A stretch of DNA of 64,000 nucleotides, from contig OZ219747.1 of NCBI GenBank assembly GCA_964291265.2, positions 4,288,001 through 4,352,000 on the forward strand, in the 5' to 3' direction. The notes beneath the pieces are model-generated. The model made no database searches and was not told the origin of the DNA. It saw only the letters and a program-made list of their open reading frames with translations. The stretch's first letter is position 1, and the number at the start of each line of letters is the position of its first letter. This document shows, one piece after another, positions 20,074-29,338 of this stretch. The translations under genes were made by a program, and so were the position numbers. This stretch comes from Alphaproteobacteria bacterium. GTDB taxonomy: Bacteria > Pseudomonadota > Alphaproteobacteria > SP197.

Positions 20074-20783
20074 TAGAGCCCGGTCATCACGAGAAGGAAG
20101 AGGATGACCTTCAGTCCCATTCTCTTGCGGTCCTCGAGATTGGGCTCCGCGGTCCAGGCGAGAAAGGCCGTGATGTCCCTCGCGAGTTCGTCAACCGTGA
20201 TGTCGTTGTCCTCTGCGTCGACGAGAAGACCCTCGTAGAGCGGAGGCGCCATGGCAATGCTGCCACCGGCGAAGTAGGGATTGTGGTAGAGCCCGTCGGC
20301 GTCCGGTTCGCTCCGATTGTAGTCGGGATCCGTGAGCAGGGAGGCGATGTAGTTGGCGCCGTCGACACGGGCCTTCACCATCAGTGACAGATCGGGGGGG
20401 AGGGCGCCGTTGTTGAGCGCCCGCGCCTCGGTGTCGTTGCGGTAGGGTGCGGGAATCGCGTCCGACAGCGCCGCACTGATGACGGTGGCGTCGCCCCACT
20501 CGTCGGGCGGGCCTGCGACCTCGTAGCCGGCAGCGAGCGCGCCGGCTTCGTCCTCGCTGAGGCCGATGGCCACGAGATCGCGAAAACGGATGTACTTGAG
20601 GCTGTGGCAGCTTTGACACTGAGCGGTGAAGATCTCCAGCCCCCGCCGCACCTGTTCGCGGTCATAGGTGCCGAATACTCCTTCCCAGGACCATGTGAAC
20701 TGCTGTGGCGCCTGGGCTGGCGAAGCCGCCCACGTCGGCATGGCGAAGACGAGCAGGCCGACCACGGGAATGATGCGCTTCAT
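20031..20783 (-). CDS. petC: Cytochrome c1
   Basis: Signal peptide, CQSCH heme motif, PPDLSL, IAMAPPL axial Met, C-terminal TM helix. Confidence 0.95.
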   Translation of the reverse strand: MKRIIPVVGLLVFAMPTWAASPAQAPQQFTWSWEGVFGTYDREQVRRGLEIFTAQCQSCHSLKYIRFRDLVAIGLSEDEAGALAAGYEVAGPPDEWGDATVISAALSDAIPAPYRNDTEARALNNGALPPDLSLMVKARVDGANYIASLLTDPDYNRSEPDADGLYHNPYFAGGSIAMAPPLYEGLLVDAEDNDITVDELARDITAFLAWTAEPNLEDRKRMGLKVILFLLVMTGLYYVWKRKIWAGVEH

Positions 20784-22024
20784 CGTCTCGCTCCCCGCCC
20801 CGCGGAAGCCGGTTCATTCCCGTCGAGGACCGCCCTGGCAATGCTGGCAGGCAATGGGCGGGGCCTCTCGAACCAGCCGATCAGGGGCAGCAGGATCAGG
20901 AAATGAAGGAAGTACCATGCCGTCGCGATCTGGCCGATCAGGATCCACGCCCCTTCGGGCTGATTGGCGCCGACGACACCCAGCACGATGATGTCGATCA
21001 CCAGGATCCAGAAGAACCACCTGAACACCGGACGGAACGTCGCCGAACGGACCCTGGACGTGTCGAGCCAGGGCAGGAGGAACAGGATGCCGATCGACAG
21101 CACCATGGCAATGGCGCCGCCCAGCTTCGAGGGAATGGCGCGCAGGATCGCGTAGAACGGCAGGAAGTACCATTCCGGAACGATGTGCGCCGGCGTCTTG
21201 AGGGGATCCGCCGGAATGTAGTTGTCCGGATGTCCGAGGTAGTTCGGAGCGTAGAACAGGAAGACGGCGAAGACGATCAGGAACATCCCGGCGCCGAAGG
21301 CATCCTTGATCGTGTAGTAGGGGTGAAAGCGGATGACATCCTGTGGACCGGTGGTGTCGATGCCGAGTGGGTTGCCCGACTTGGTGTGATGCAGCGCCCA
21401 CAGGTGAAGACCCACCAGACCAACGATGACGAACGGCAGCAGGAAGTGAAGGGCGTAGAAGCGCACCAGGGTCGGGTTGTCCACCGAAAAGCCGCCCCAC
21501 ACCCAGCCGACCAGGGCTTCCCCGACGACCGGAAGGGCCGACAGCAGGTTGGTGATGACGGTCGCCGCCCAGTAGCTCATCTGCCCCCAGGGCAACACGT
21601 ACCCCATGAAGGCGGTTGCCATCATGGCCAGGAGGATCATCAGGCCGATCCACCACAGGACCTCGCGGGGAGCCTTGTAGGAGCCATAGTAGAGCCCCCT
21701 GAAAACATGGAGATAGACGACGATGAAGAAGAACGAGGCGCCGTTGGCATGGGCGTAACGCATCAGCCAGCCATACTCGACGTCGCGCATGATCCTCTCG
21801 ACGCTGTCGAAGGCCGTGTCCACGTGCGGCGTGTAGTGCATCGCCAGCACGATGCCGGTGACGATCTGGATGAGCAGTGCCATTCCGGCCAGCGAACCGA
21901 AATTCCACATGTAGTTGAGGTTGCGCGGCGCCGGATAATCGATGAGGTTGTGGTTGGTCCAGCTCAGGATCGGCAACCGGCGATCGAACCAGCGCACGAA
22001 TCCGTTGCTCATGAAGTCGGCCAT
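20780..22024 (-). CDS. petB: Cytochrome b
   Basis: [26 protein letters not shown] motif. Confidence 0.98.
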   Translation of the reverse strand: MADFMSNGFVRWFDRRLPILSWTNHNLIDYPAPRNLNYMWNFGSLAGMALLIQIVTGIVLAMHYTPHVDTAFDSVERIMRDVEYGWLMRYAHANGASFFFIVVYLHVFRGLYYGSYKAPREVLWWIGLMILLAMMATAFMGYVLPWGQMSYWAATVITNLLSALPVVGEALVGWVWGGFSVDNPTLVRFYALHFLLPFVIVGLVGLHLWALHHTKSGNPLGIDTTGPQDVIRFHPYYTIKDAFGAGMFLIVFAVFLFYAPNYLGHPDNYIPADPLKTPAHIVPEWYFLPFYAILRAIPSKLGGAIAMVLSIGILFLLPWLDTSRVRSATFRPVFRWFFWILVIDIIVLGVVGANQPEGAWILIGQIATAWYFLHFLILLPLIGWFERPRPLPASIARAVLDGNEPASAGRGARR

Positions 22025-22039
22025 GGTTCCTCGCCCCGG

Positions 22040-22564
22040 TCAGCCGATGACAACAGTCGTGTCATCGGTGAAGACGTAGTCCGGAATTCCGAGATTCTCC
22101 GGCGCCGGTCCCTTCCTGATGCGACCGGACGTGTCGTAGTGCGAGCCGTGACAGGGGCAGAACCAGCCGTGGTACTCGCCCTGGTTGCCCAGGGGAACGC
22201 AGCCGAGGTGAGTGCACACTCCCACCATGATCAACCACTCGGGGCGAAGGGCCCGTTCGCTGTCGGGCTGCGGATCCTTGAGATCGTCCATGGCAACGTC
22301 GCGTGCGGCGGCGATCTCGTCGGCCGTGCGATGACGGATGAACACCGGCTTGCCGCGCCAGTTCACCGTGATCTGCTGGCCCTCTGCCACAGGTGACAGG
22401 TCAACCTCGATGGTGGCAAGCGCCAGGACATCCGCAGCCGGGTTCCACTGCGCGATCAGCGGCCATGCGATGAAACCGGCGCCGACAGCCGTCACGCCGA
22501 TGGTCGCCACACTGAGAAAGTCGCGCCGCTCTACCCCTTGCGCGTCGAAAGTGTGCTCAGCCAT
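22040..22564 (-). CDS. petA: Rieske iron-sulfur subunit of the bc1 complex
   Basis: RRDFL Tat motif, CTHLGC and CPCHGS boxes. Confidence 0.97.
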   Translation of the reverse strand: MAEHTFDAQGVERRDFLSVATIGVTAVGAGFIAWPLIAQWNPAADVLALATIEVDLSPVAEGQQITVNWRGKPVFIRHRTADEIAAARDVAMDDLKDPQPDSERALRPEWLIMVGVCTHLGCVPLGNQGEYHGWFCPCHGSHYDTSGRIRKGPAPENLGIPDYVFTDDTTVVIG

Positions 22565-22725
22565 CACCAAGAAATCCCTTGCGTCCTGTTCCTGGCGCCT
22601 CATCCGGGCGGGCCATGAATATACCGCCCGCCACGGTCACGCAAGGCAGTGGATGTGGAAGGGGCTTGCGGGCTCCGACGGTCTGCGACAAGAGTGCCGG
22701 GGACAGCCGCCCGGAATGACCACCC

Positions 22726-23595
22726 ATGACAACAGACCGGCCGGACCTCGCCGGGTCGCAGCAGGGACGCGACGCTGCATGCCGCTGGTTCCGCAGCCTG
22801 CGCGACCGCATCGTTGCCGCCTTCGAGTCCGTCGAGGATGCATACGAAGGGCCGGAACACGATCATCCCCCGGGGCGATTTGAACTCCGGGAGTGGACGA
22901 GGGACGGCGGTGGCGGCGGCGTCATGGCGATCACGCGCGGCAGGGTCTTCGAGAAGGTGGGGGTCAACGTCTCCACCGTGTGGGGCGACTTCGACCGAAA
23001 GTTTGCCGGGGAGATTCCGGGCACCGCACCGGACAACGCCGGATTCTGGGCATCCGGCATTTCACTCGTCGCTCACATGCGCTCACCGCACGTGCCGGGC
23101 GTTCACATGAACACGCGCCACATCACCACCGCAGGCAAGGCCTGGTTCGGCGGTGGCACCGATCTCAACCCACCCCTTCCACGCGACGAGGATACAGAGG
23201 ACTTTCACGCAGAACTCGCCGCGTGCTGCGGCCGGCACCCTTGTGCCGACTACGCCGCCTTCAGCCGCTGGGCCGATGACTACTTCACCATTCCCCACCG
23301 CGGCGTCAAACGCGGCGCCGGCGGCATCTTCTTTGACAACCTCCACGCCGACGAGGCGTCATTCGCCTTCACCCGCGATGTCGGTGAGGCATTCCTTGCC
23401 ATCTATCCACGCCTGATTCGTCGGCGCATGCACGAGACCTGGACGGAAGAGGAGCGCTCACGCCAGCTGCAGTGGCGCGGACGCTATGCGGAGTTCAATC
23501 TCGTCTACGACCGAGGCACCCGTTTCGGACTGATGACCGGAGCGAATCCCGAGGCCGTGCTGATGTCCCTGCCCCCTGTGGCGACCTGGCCTTGA
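22726..23595 (+). CDS. hemF: Oxygen-dependent coproporphyrinogen III oxidase
   Basis: FEKVGVN, HMNTR, WFGGG.DL, RGRYAEFNLVYDRGT.FGL. Confidence 0.95.
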   Translation: MTTDRPDLAGSQQGRDAACRWFRSLRDRIVAAFESVEDAYEGPEHDHPPGRFELREWTRDGGGGGVMAITRGRVFEKVGVNVSTVWGDFDRKFAGEIPGTAPDNAGFWASGISLVAHMRSPHVPGVHMNTRHITTAGKAWFGGGTDLNPPLPRDEDTEDFHAELAACCGRHPCADYAAFSRWADDYFTIPHRGVKRGAGGIFFDNLHADEASFAFTRDVGEAFLAIYPRLIRRRMHETWTEEERSRQLQWRGRYAEFNLVYDRGTRFGLMTGANPEAVLMSLPPVATWP

Positions 23596-23625
23596 CAAAC
23601 CGTCAACCGCTGCGAGCGAAAGTCC

Positions 23626-24216
23626 TCATCCTTCCTCGACGAGCCTGGTGAGCTTCGCCACGGCCTCGTCGAACGACGCCGTCATGGTGATGGCATCGAA
23701 GAACCTGCCATCGCCGTCCATGAGGTAGACGGCCGCCGTGTGATCCATGGTGTAGCTGTCGTCGTCGAGGTCGATGCGGGCATAGTAGAGCCGGTAGGAA
23801 TTCGCCATCTGGCGGAGTTCATCGGGGGTGCCGACGAGACCGGTGATGCGGTCGGAAAAATAGGCGACATAGTCCGCCATGCGCTCAAGGGTGTCGCGTT
23901 CCGGGTCGACGGTGACGAAGTAGGCGTCGATCAGGTCGCCATGGTCTTCCATGGCCTCAAGCCATGCCGCCACCTGGAGGAGGGTGGTCGGGCATATGTC
24001 CGGACAGTAGGTGAAACCGAAGAATACAAGGGATCTGCGACCGACGAGATCGTCATGGGTCATCCGGGTACCGTCATGCGCCAGCATGGAGAACGGCCCG
24101 CCGATCACGACCTCAACGTCCTCCGCCTGGCGCCGGTGGAGTTCCATGGCGCCGATCACCGTCGCCACGACCAGAAGACCGGCCAGAAGCCCCTGGACCA
24201 GATGACGTTTCTTCAT
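23626..24216 (-). CDS. SCO1/SenC family copper protein
   Basis: FGFTYCPDICP, TVDPERD, MDHT. Confidence 0.93.
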   Translation of the reverse strand: MKKRHLVQGLLAGLLVVATVIGAMELHRRQAEDVEVVIGGPFSMLAHDGTRMTHDDLVGRRSLVFFGFTYCPDICPTTLLQVAAWLEAMEDHGDLIDAYFVTVDPERDTLERMADYVAYFSDRITGLVGTPDELRQMANSYRLYYARIDLDDDSYTMDHTAAVYLMDGDGRFFDAITMTASFDEAVAKLTRLVEEG

Positions 24217-24671
24217 TCTTCCGCGCCTGCCGCAGACCGTGCCATCACCGGGAAGACGACATCCACGGCTCCCGCCTTCTCGAAAACCAGGGTCACGGGA
24301 ATCCGGTCGCCGGCCCGCGGGCGTTCCTCGAGTCCCATGATCATGATGTGAAAGCCGCCTGGCTCGAGCGCAAGGGGGGTATCGGGACGAATGTCGATAC
24401 CGTCGTCGAGCCGGCGCATGGCGACGACACCGTCATCGCCTGCCGTGGTGGCGTGAAGTTCACACATCACCGCTCCGCCGACGTCCACGGAAACCAGGCG
24501 ATCGGAGGTGACACAATGGCAGGTGATGACGCCGTAGGCCGCGGCAACAGGGACGCCGGGAGGTGGTTCCGCGATCCAGTGCTGCTCGATGCCGATGACG
24601 TGCGGGTCCGTTGCCAGAGCCGATGCCGCAAACAGGGCGGACGCCAGTACAAGCCGTCCGGCAGCCGTCAC
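24213..24671 (-). CDS. Copper chaperone PCu(A)C
   Basis: ELH...M...LEPGGFHIM motif; signal peptide; GTG start overlaps the cca stop. Confidence 0.88.
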   Translation of the reverse strand: MTAAGRLVLASALFAASALATDPHVIGIEQHWIAEPPPGVPVAAAYGVITCHCVTSDRLVSVDVGGAVMCELHATTAGDDGVVAMRRLDDGIDIRPDTPLALEPGGFHIMIMGLEERPRAGDRIPVTLVFEKAGAVDVVFPVMARSAAGAEE

Positions 24672-25975
24672 GCCGTCCCTCCGGTCATCGCAGCGAGCCT
24701 TTCGAGGCAGGACGCGCGGTCTGGTCTGAAATCCTCCCGGCGCCACCATGCCTCGACATCCTTGAGGATGGCCTTGACCTCGGGGCCGGGGCGAATCCCG
24801 GCTGCGAGCACGTCCCGGCCGCGCAAGGGAAAGCGCGGATTCTCCCAGCGTGCCACCGTATCGAGCATCGCTCTCCAGCATGATGCCCTCCAGGTGCGGT
24901 CCGCCGCCCAGGCAAGGAGAACGAGATCGCGGAACGTGTCCGTCCCGAGATCATGGAGTGCCTGGCGCTGATTCGGGACCGGCCAGTCAGGATCCAGCGC
25001 CAGGACCGGGGGCGCCAGCCGGGCAAGACGCCGGCGAACGGCCCTCGAACAACGCAGTCTGTCGGCGACAGCGTCGCCCGCTGTCGGAGCCAGGGCGGCG
25101 AGCCGACGCACGGGGTCGCGGTCATCGATGCCGGTCAGGGCGCCAAGGATGGCGAGATCGCCCGCCTCCGGCAGCACGTGCTCCAGGACACCGCTCGAGA
25201 CCATGAGATCGAGCGCCGGCAAGGGATGCGGCGCACCCAGAAGCCCGAAGAGTTCCGACTGGACGCGTTCGGCTGCCAGGCACCCGAGGGATGCTCTGGC
25301 CGACGCACAGGCCGCCATGGCCTGTCGGTCCGGTGTCCCGTGGCCGTAGCAGGCCAGAAAACGAAAGTAACGCAGTACCCTCAAGCGGTCCTCGGCAATG
25401 CGTCCTGCCGCATCGCCGACGAAGCGGACACGGCCGCCGGCGAGGTCGCATCGCCCGCCGAAGTAGTCGAAGAGGTCGCCCGACGGTCTGAGACTCATCG
25501 CGTTGATGGTGAAGTCGCGGCGCGCCGCATCGGCCTGCCAGTCGCTGGTGAAGGCCACTTCGGCGTGGCGTCCGTCGGTCGTCACGTCGACCCTCAGCGT
25601 GGTGACCTCGATTCCCCGGCCCCGGACCACCGCTGTCACCGTGCCGTGGGAAAGACCGGTCGGCACCACCTTGATTCCGCGGTCTTCCAGCAGGTCTGTC
25701 ACGACTGCGGGAGGATCCGGCGTGGCGACATCGACATCGGCGATGTCGCGGTCCGCCAGCAGATCTCGTACGCAGCCGCCGACGAAGCGCACATCCTCGC
25801 CCCGGGAGGCCAACGCCTCCACCACGCTGACGACACCGGGCCTTGCCAGGAGCGGCGCGGCATCGATGGTGGCTACGGCATGGTCAGTACCGGACCTGGT
25901 GCGCGAACCGCATGCGACGTGACCATGATCGCCTGATCCGGCGGCCCCGCAGCGCTCCGGGTCAGTCGGCGACAT
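24668..25975 (-). CDS. cca: CCA tRNA nucleotidyltransferase
   Basis: VGGCVRD..L...DVD, EVTTLR, DAARRDFTINA, EDRLRVLR; start uncertain. Confidence 0.9.
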   Translation of the reverse strand: MSPTDPERCGAAGSGDHGHVACGSRTRSGTDHAVATIDAAPLLARPGVVSVVEALASRGEDVRFVGGCVRDLLADRDIADVDVATPDPPAVVTDLLEDRGIKVVPTGLSHGTVTAVVRGRGIEVTTLRVDVTTDGRHAEVAFTSDWQADAARRDFTINAMSLRPSGDLFDYFGGRCDLAGGRVRFVGDAAGRIAEDRLRVLRYFRFLACYGHGTPDRQAMAACASARASLGCLAAERVQSELFGLLGAPHPLPALDLMVSSGVLEHVLPEAGDLAILGALTGIDDRDPVRRLAALAPTAGDAVADRLRCSRAVRRRLARLAPPVLALDPDWPVPNQRQALHDLGTDTFRDLVLLAWAADRTWRASCWRAMLDTVARWENPRFPLRGRDVLAAGIRPGPEVKAILKDVEAWWRREDFRPDRASCLERLAAMTGGTA

Positions 25976-26237
25976 AACCCGGAACCACCACGCCGTCCTC
26001 GAGGCGTGCCGGTACGTAGATCCCCGACGGGTCGGGCCCGACAAACCCGAAGACCGCCAGCGTGATGATCATGAGGCCCAGCGTTCCAAGAACGATGAGC
26101 CCCCAGGGCGCCTCGCGCCAGCCAGGCAACGTGCCTTCCTTGAGGCGCCGCGCCTTCTCGCGTGCCAGGCGGTACCACACGATGTAGGAAATGAGAGGGG
26201 CCGCTATCAGGATTACCGGCAACAGGTAGCGCATCAT
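25962..26237 (-). CDS. Small membrane protein (DUF6111-like)
   Basis: Two hydrophobic helices, YVPARLEDG.VVPG C-terminus; lies between NUDIX and cca. Confidence 0.7.
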   Translation of the reverse strand: MMRYLLPVILIAAPLISYIVWYRLAREKARRLKEGTLPGWREAPWGLIVLGTLGLMIITLAVFGFVGPDPSGIYVPARLEDGVVVPGYVAD

Positions 26238-26821
26238 CTCTCACCCCTCAGCACCTCGACGAGATTGACCACGATCGTTGCCGTCGCACCCCAGATGGTT
26301 CGCGAACCGTACTCGAACAGACTGTACCAACGCCTCTCGCCGCGCCAGACCATGCTCGCCCGCCGATGGTTCCCGGGGTCGAGCAGAAATCCCAGCGGCA
26401 CCTCGAAGGCTTCAACGATCTCGACACCGTCGGGATGCAGTGCGGCGGGAGGCGTCACGAGTCCGACAAGGGGTGCGATGGAATAGCCCGAACCGGCACG
26501 TTGCGTGTCGAGTCGGCAGAGCACCTTCACCCTGGCGGAATCGAGCCCGATTTCCTCCCTGGCCTCGCGCAGGGCCGCAGTGGCTTCGTCCTCGCCGGCC
26601 TCGATTCGACCGCCGGGGAAGCTGACTTCACCCGCATGATGGACAAGCGTCGACGAGCGCTGGCCGAAGATCACGGTCATTGAATCCTCCCGGCGGTCAA
26701 CCAGAGGAATGAGCACGGCAGCCGCCCGTCGCACCGGACCTTCGGTCCAGGTCGGTTGCGGTGGCTCGATCTTCGCCTGCGGCATCCTGCGCAAGGCAGT
26801 GAGCACCTCAACCGGGGTCAT
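26234..26821 (-). CDS. NUDIX CoA pyrophosphatase
   Basis: AAVLIPL, HAGEVSFPGG...TAALREAREEIG Nudix box, IWGATA. Confidence 0.92.
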   Translation of the reverse strand: MTPVEVLTALRRMPQAKIEPPQPTWTEGPVRRAAAVLIPLVDRREDSMTVIFGQRSSTLVHHAGEVSFPGGRIEAGEDEATAALREAREEIGLDSARVKVLCRLDTQRAGSGYSIAPLVGLVTPPAALHPDGVEIVEAFEVPLGFLLDPGNHRRASMVWRGERRWYSLFEYGSRTIWGATATIVVNLVEVLRGER

Positions 26822-27362
26822 CGGACGTCTTGCCCAGGACAAAGAAGCAACCGCATGAATCAATTCCCAGAACCTCACGACCATCCTGCCATGCTATCCG
26901 GCCCCTGTTCACCAGATCATAGTAGACCGGGCGGGCAATGAGGGCCTCGAGCCTGTCGCGAACGAGCACATAGGGTGACGGCGCCCTCGTTCCGGGATTC
27001 ATCACGATCCGCACCGGGTGATCGGCATCAACCGTCACGTGATCGTCGACATTGGTGCGAAAATGCACCTTGCACCCTGGGCCTTCGCCCTCGATGGTCG
27101 ACTCGACAGCCACGAATGGTGCATCATCCACGCGTATGCGGCGCTTCTCCAGAGAAGTCCTGAGGTAGTATTCGCCATCGCCTTCACATCGCAGGATACC
27201 GGCAAACAGCTTCACCAGCGCCATTCTGCGAATGGGCCGGCCTTCATGGTACCAGGTGCCGTCGCGCGCAATCCTGATGTCGATGTCTCCGGTCAGCAGC
27301 GCCCGGTCGCGGTCCGCGGGGACAGCGGTGGCAGCATCATCGTGGATCCGTCCTGGAGGCAT
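26808..27362 (-). CDS. DUF1285-family protein
   Basis: DIRIARDGTWYHEG..I.R..LVKLF, VDDAPF, FRTNV, PYVLVR; divergent from moxR. Confidence 0.8.
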   Translation of the reverse strand: MPPGRIHDDAATAVPADRDRALLTGDIDIRIARDGTWYHEGRPIRRMALVKLFAGILRCEGDGEYYLRTSLEKRRIRVDDAPFVAVESTIEGEGPGCKVHFRTNVDDHVTVDADHPVRIVMNPGTRAPSPYVLVRDRLEALIARPVYYDLVNRGRIAWQDGREVLGIDSCGCFFVLGKTSDDPG

Positions 27363-27443
27363 GCCGGTGGGTCCTCGGGATTGCACCCTGATTCAATGTT
27401 GTCATTCTAGACCACCACACCGTTCCCGGGGAGAGACAGCGCC

Positions 27444-28439
27444 GTGAACCATGAACCCTGCACCAGGGAGGCAAGGGAACTTGCCAACGAAATCGAACGC
27501 ACGGGGATCCGGCTGGCCGAGGTGCGCGCCGCAATCGGCCGTGTCATCTTTGGTCAGAACACGGTCATCGACCAGTTTCTCATCACCTTGCTCGCCGGCG
27601 GACACGCGCTGCTGATCGGCGTCCCCGGCCTCGGCAAGACCAGGTTGGTCGAGACCATCGGCACGGTGACGGGCCTCGATACCAAGCGTGTCCAGTGCAC
27701 TCCGGACCTCATGCCCGCCGACATCCTCGGCTCCGAGGTCCTGGAGGAGTCCGAAAATGGTCTGCGCGAGTTCAGGTTCATTCCGGGGCCCGTGTTCTGC
27801 AGCTTCCTGATGGCCGACGAAATCAACCGGGCCAGTCCGCGCACCCAGTCGGCACTCCTCCAGGCCATGCAGGAACACACCGTGACCGTCGCCGGTACCC
27901 GGCGCGACCTGCCGCAGCCCTTCCACGTGTTCGCCACCCAGAACCCCCTGGAGCTTGAGGGCACCTATCCGCTTCCCGAGGCCCAGCTCGACCGTTTCCT
28001 CATGGAGATCGACATCGACTACCCTGGTCGTGACGCCGAACGCAAGATGCTGGTCGTGACCACCGGCCCCGACGAGGAGGACCCGGTGGGGGTACTGAAC
28101 AGCAGCGAACTGATGGCGGCGCAGAGACTGGTGCGTCGCATTCCGGTGGGCGAGAGCGTCGTCGAGGCGATCCTCGATCTCGTCCGCTCCGGCCGCCCGG
28201 ATGCAGCCGACCGAAGTTCCGGGATTCTCTGGGGGCCGGGGCCCAGGGCCAGCCAGTCCCTGATGTTGGCGGCGAGAGCCCGCGCCCTGCTCGACCAGCG
28301 CCTCGCGCCCTCGGTTGACGATGTCCTGGACCTGGCCGGTCCGGTGTTGCGCCATCGCATGCAGCTTACGTTTGCGGCCCGCGCCGACGGGGTGACGCTC
28401 GATGAGGTCATCGACCGCCTCAAGGCGCCGCTCGGCTGA
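27444..28439 (+). CDS. MoxR-family AAA+ ATPase
   Basis: GVPGLGKT, TPDLMPADI, ADEINRA, TQNP, EAQLDRF. Confidence 0.95.
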   Translation: MNHEPCTREARELANEIERTGIRLAEVRAAIGRVIFGQNTVIDQFLITLLAGGHALLIGVPGLGKTRLVETIGTVTGLDTKRVQCTPDLMPADILGSEVLEESENGLREFRFIPGPVFCSFLMADEINRASPRTQSALLQAMQEHTVTVAGTRRDLPQPFHVFATQNPLELEGTYPLPEAQLDRFLMEIDIDYPGRDAERKMLVVTTGPDEEDPVGVLNSSELMAAQRLVRRIPVGESVVEAILDLVRSGRPDAADRSSGILWGPGPRASQSLMLAARARALLDQRLAPSVDDVLDLAGPVLRHRMQLTFAARADGVTLDEVIDRLKAPLG

Positions 28440-28451
28440 GCACGATCGGCC

Positions 28452-29336
28452 ATGAGTGTCGAAACGGTCAGCGGATTTCGCCGGCGTGCCGAACAGCTTG
28501 TCGCGCACCTGCCACCCCTCTTGGTCGAGGCGCGGCAGGTCGCTGCCGTCGTTGCCCAGGGTGCTCACGGCCGGCGACGCGTCGGCCCCGGCGAGACGTT
28601 CTGGCAGTTTCGCCGATATGCCCAAGGAGATGCCGCCACCATGATCGACTGGCGGGCGTCGGCGAAATCACCACGGCTCTATGTCAGGGAGACCGAGTGG
28701 GAGGCGGCCGAAAGCGTATGGCTGTGGTCTGACACGTCTCCATCGATGCGCTTTGCGTCCTCCCCGGAACTTGCCAGCAAGCACGAACGGGCACGGCTCA
28801 TCGTCATGGCCCTTGCGGTTCTCCTGGTCCGCGGCGGCGAGAGTGTCGCACTTCTGGGCGCCGACAGACGGCCGGGCACGGGCAGCGCCGCACTGACCAG
28901 CATGGCAACCCGTCTTCACCGGGGCGAGGGCGACGATGCTCCCAGCCTGCCACCGGCGGCAAACCTGCCATCCCATGCACGGCTGGTGCTCGTCAGCGAC
29001 TTTCTTGAACCGGTGGAACCGATCGCAGCCAGGATCCGCCACTTCGCCGGCCAGAGCGTTGTCGGACACCTCGTGCGAATCGTGGATCCAGCCGAGGAGA
29101 GCTTCCCCTATGCCGGTCGGGTTCGGTTCGACGGCACCGAAAGGGAGGGAACGATTCTCGCCCACCGCAGCGAGGCACTGCGCAAGGACTACCGGGAGCG
29201 CCTCGTAACTCACGCCGAGTCCATCGCCCTGGCGGCACGCAACGCCGGCTGGAGCACCACGGTTCACCGGACCGACGGCTCCCCCCATGCGGCCCTGCTG
29301 CCGCTCTACATCGATCTGGGCGGCCACGCGACCTGA
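28452..29336 (+). CDS. DUF58 (VWA-like) protein
   Basis: GAHGRRR.G.GE.FWQFR.Y..GD...IDWR, DTSPSM, VSDF. Confidence 0.9.
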   Translation: MSVETVSGFRRRAEQLVAHLPPLLVEARQVAAVVAQGAHGRRRVGPGETFWQFRRYAQGDAATMIDWRASAKSPRLYVRETEWEAAESVWLWSDTSPSMRFASSPELASKHERARLIVMALAVLLVRGGESVALLGADRRPGTGSAALTSMATRLHRGEGDDAPSLPPAANLPSHARLVLVSDFLEPVEPIAARIRHFAGQSVVGHLVRIVDPAEESFPYAGRVRFDGTEREGTILAHRSEALRKDYRERLVTHAESIALAARNAGWSTTVHRTDGSPHAALLPLYIDLGGHAT

Positions 29337-29338
29337 CC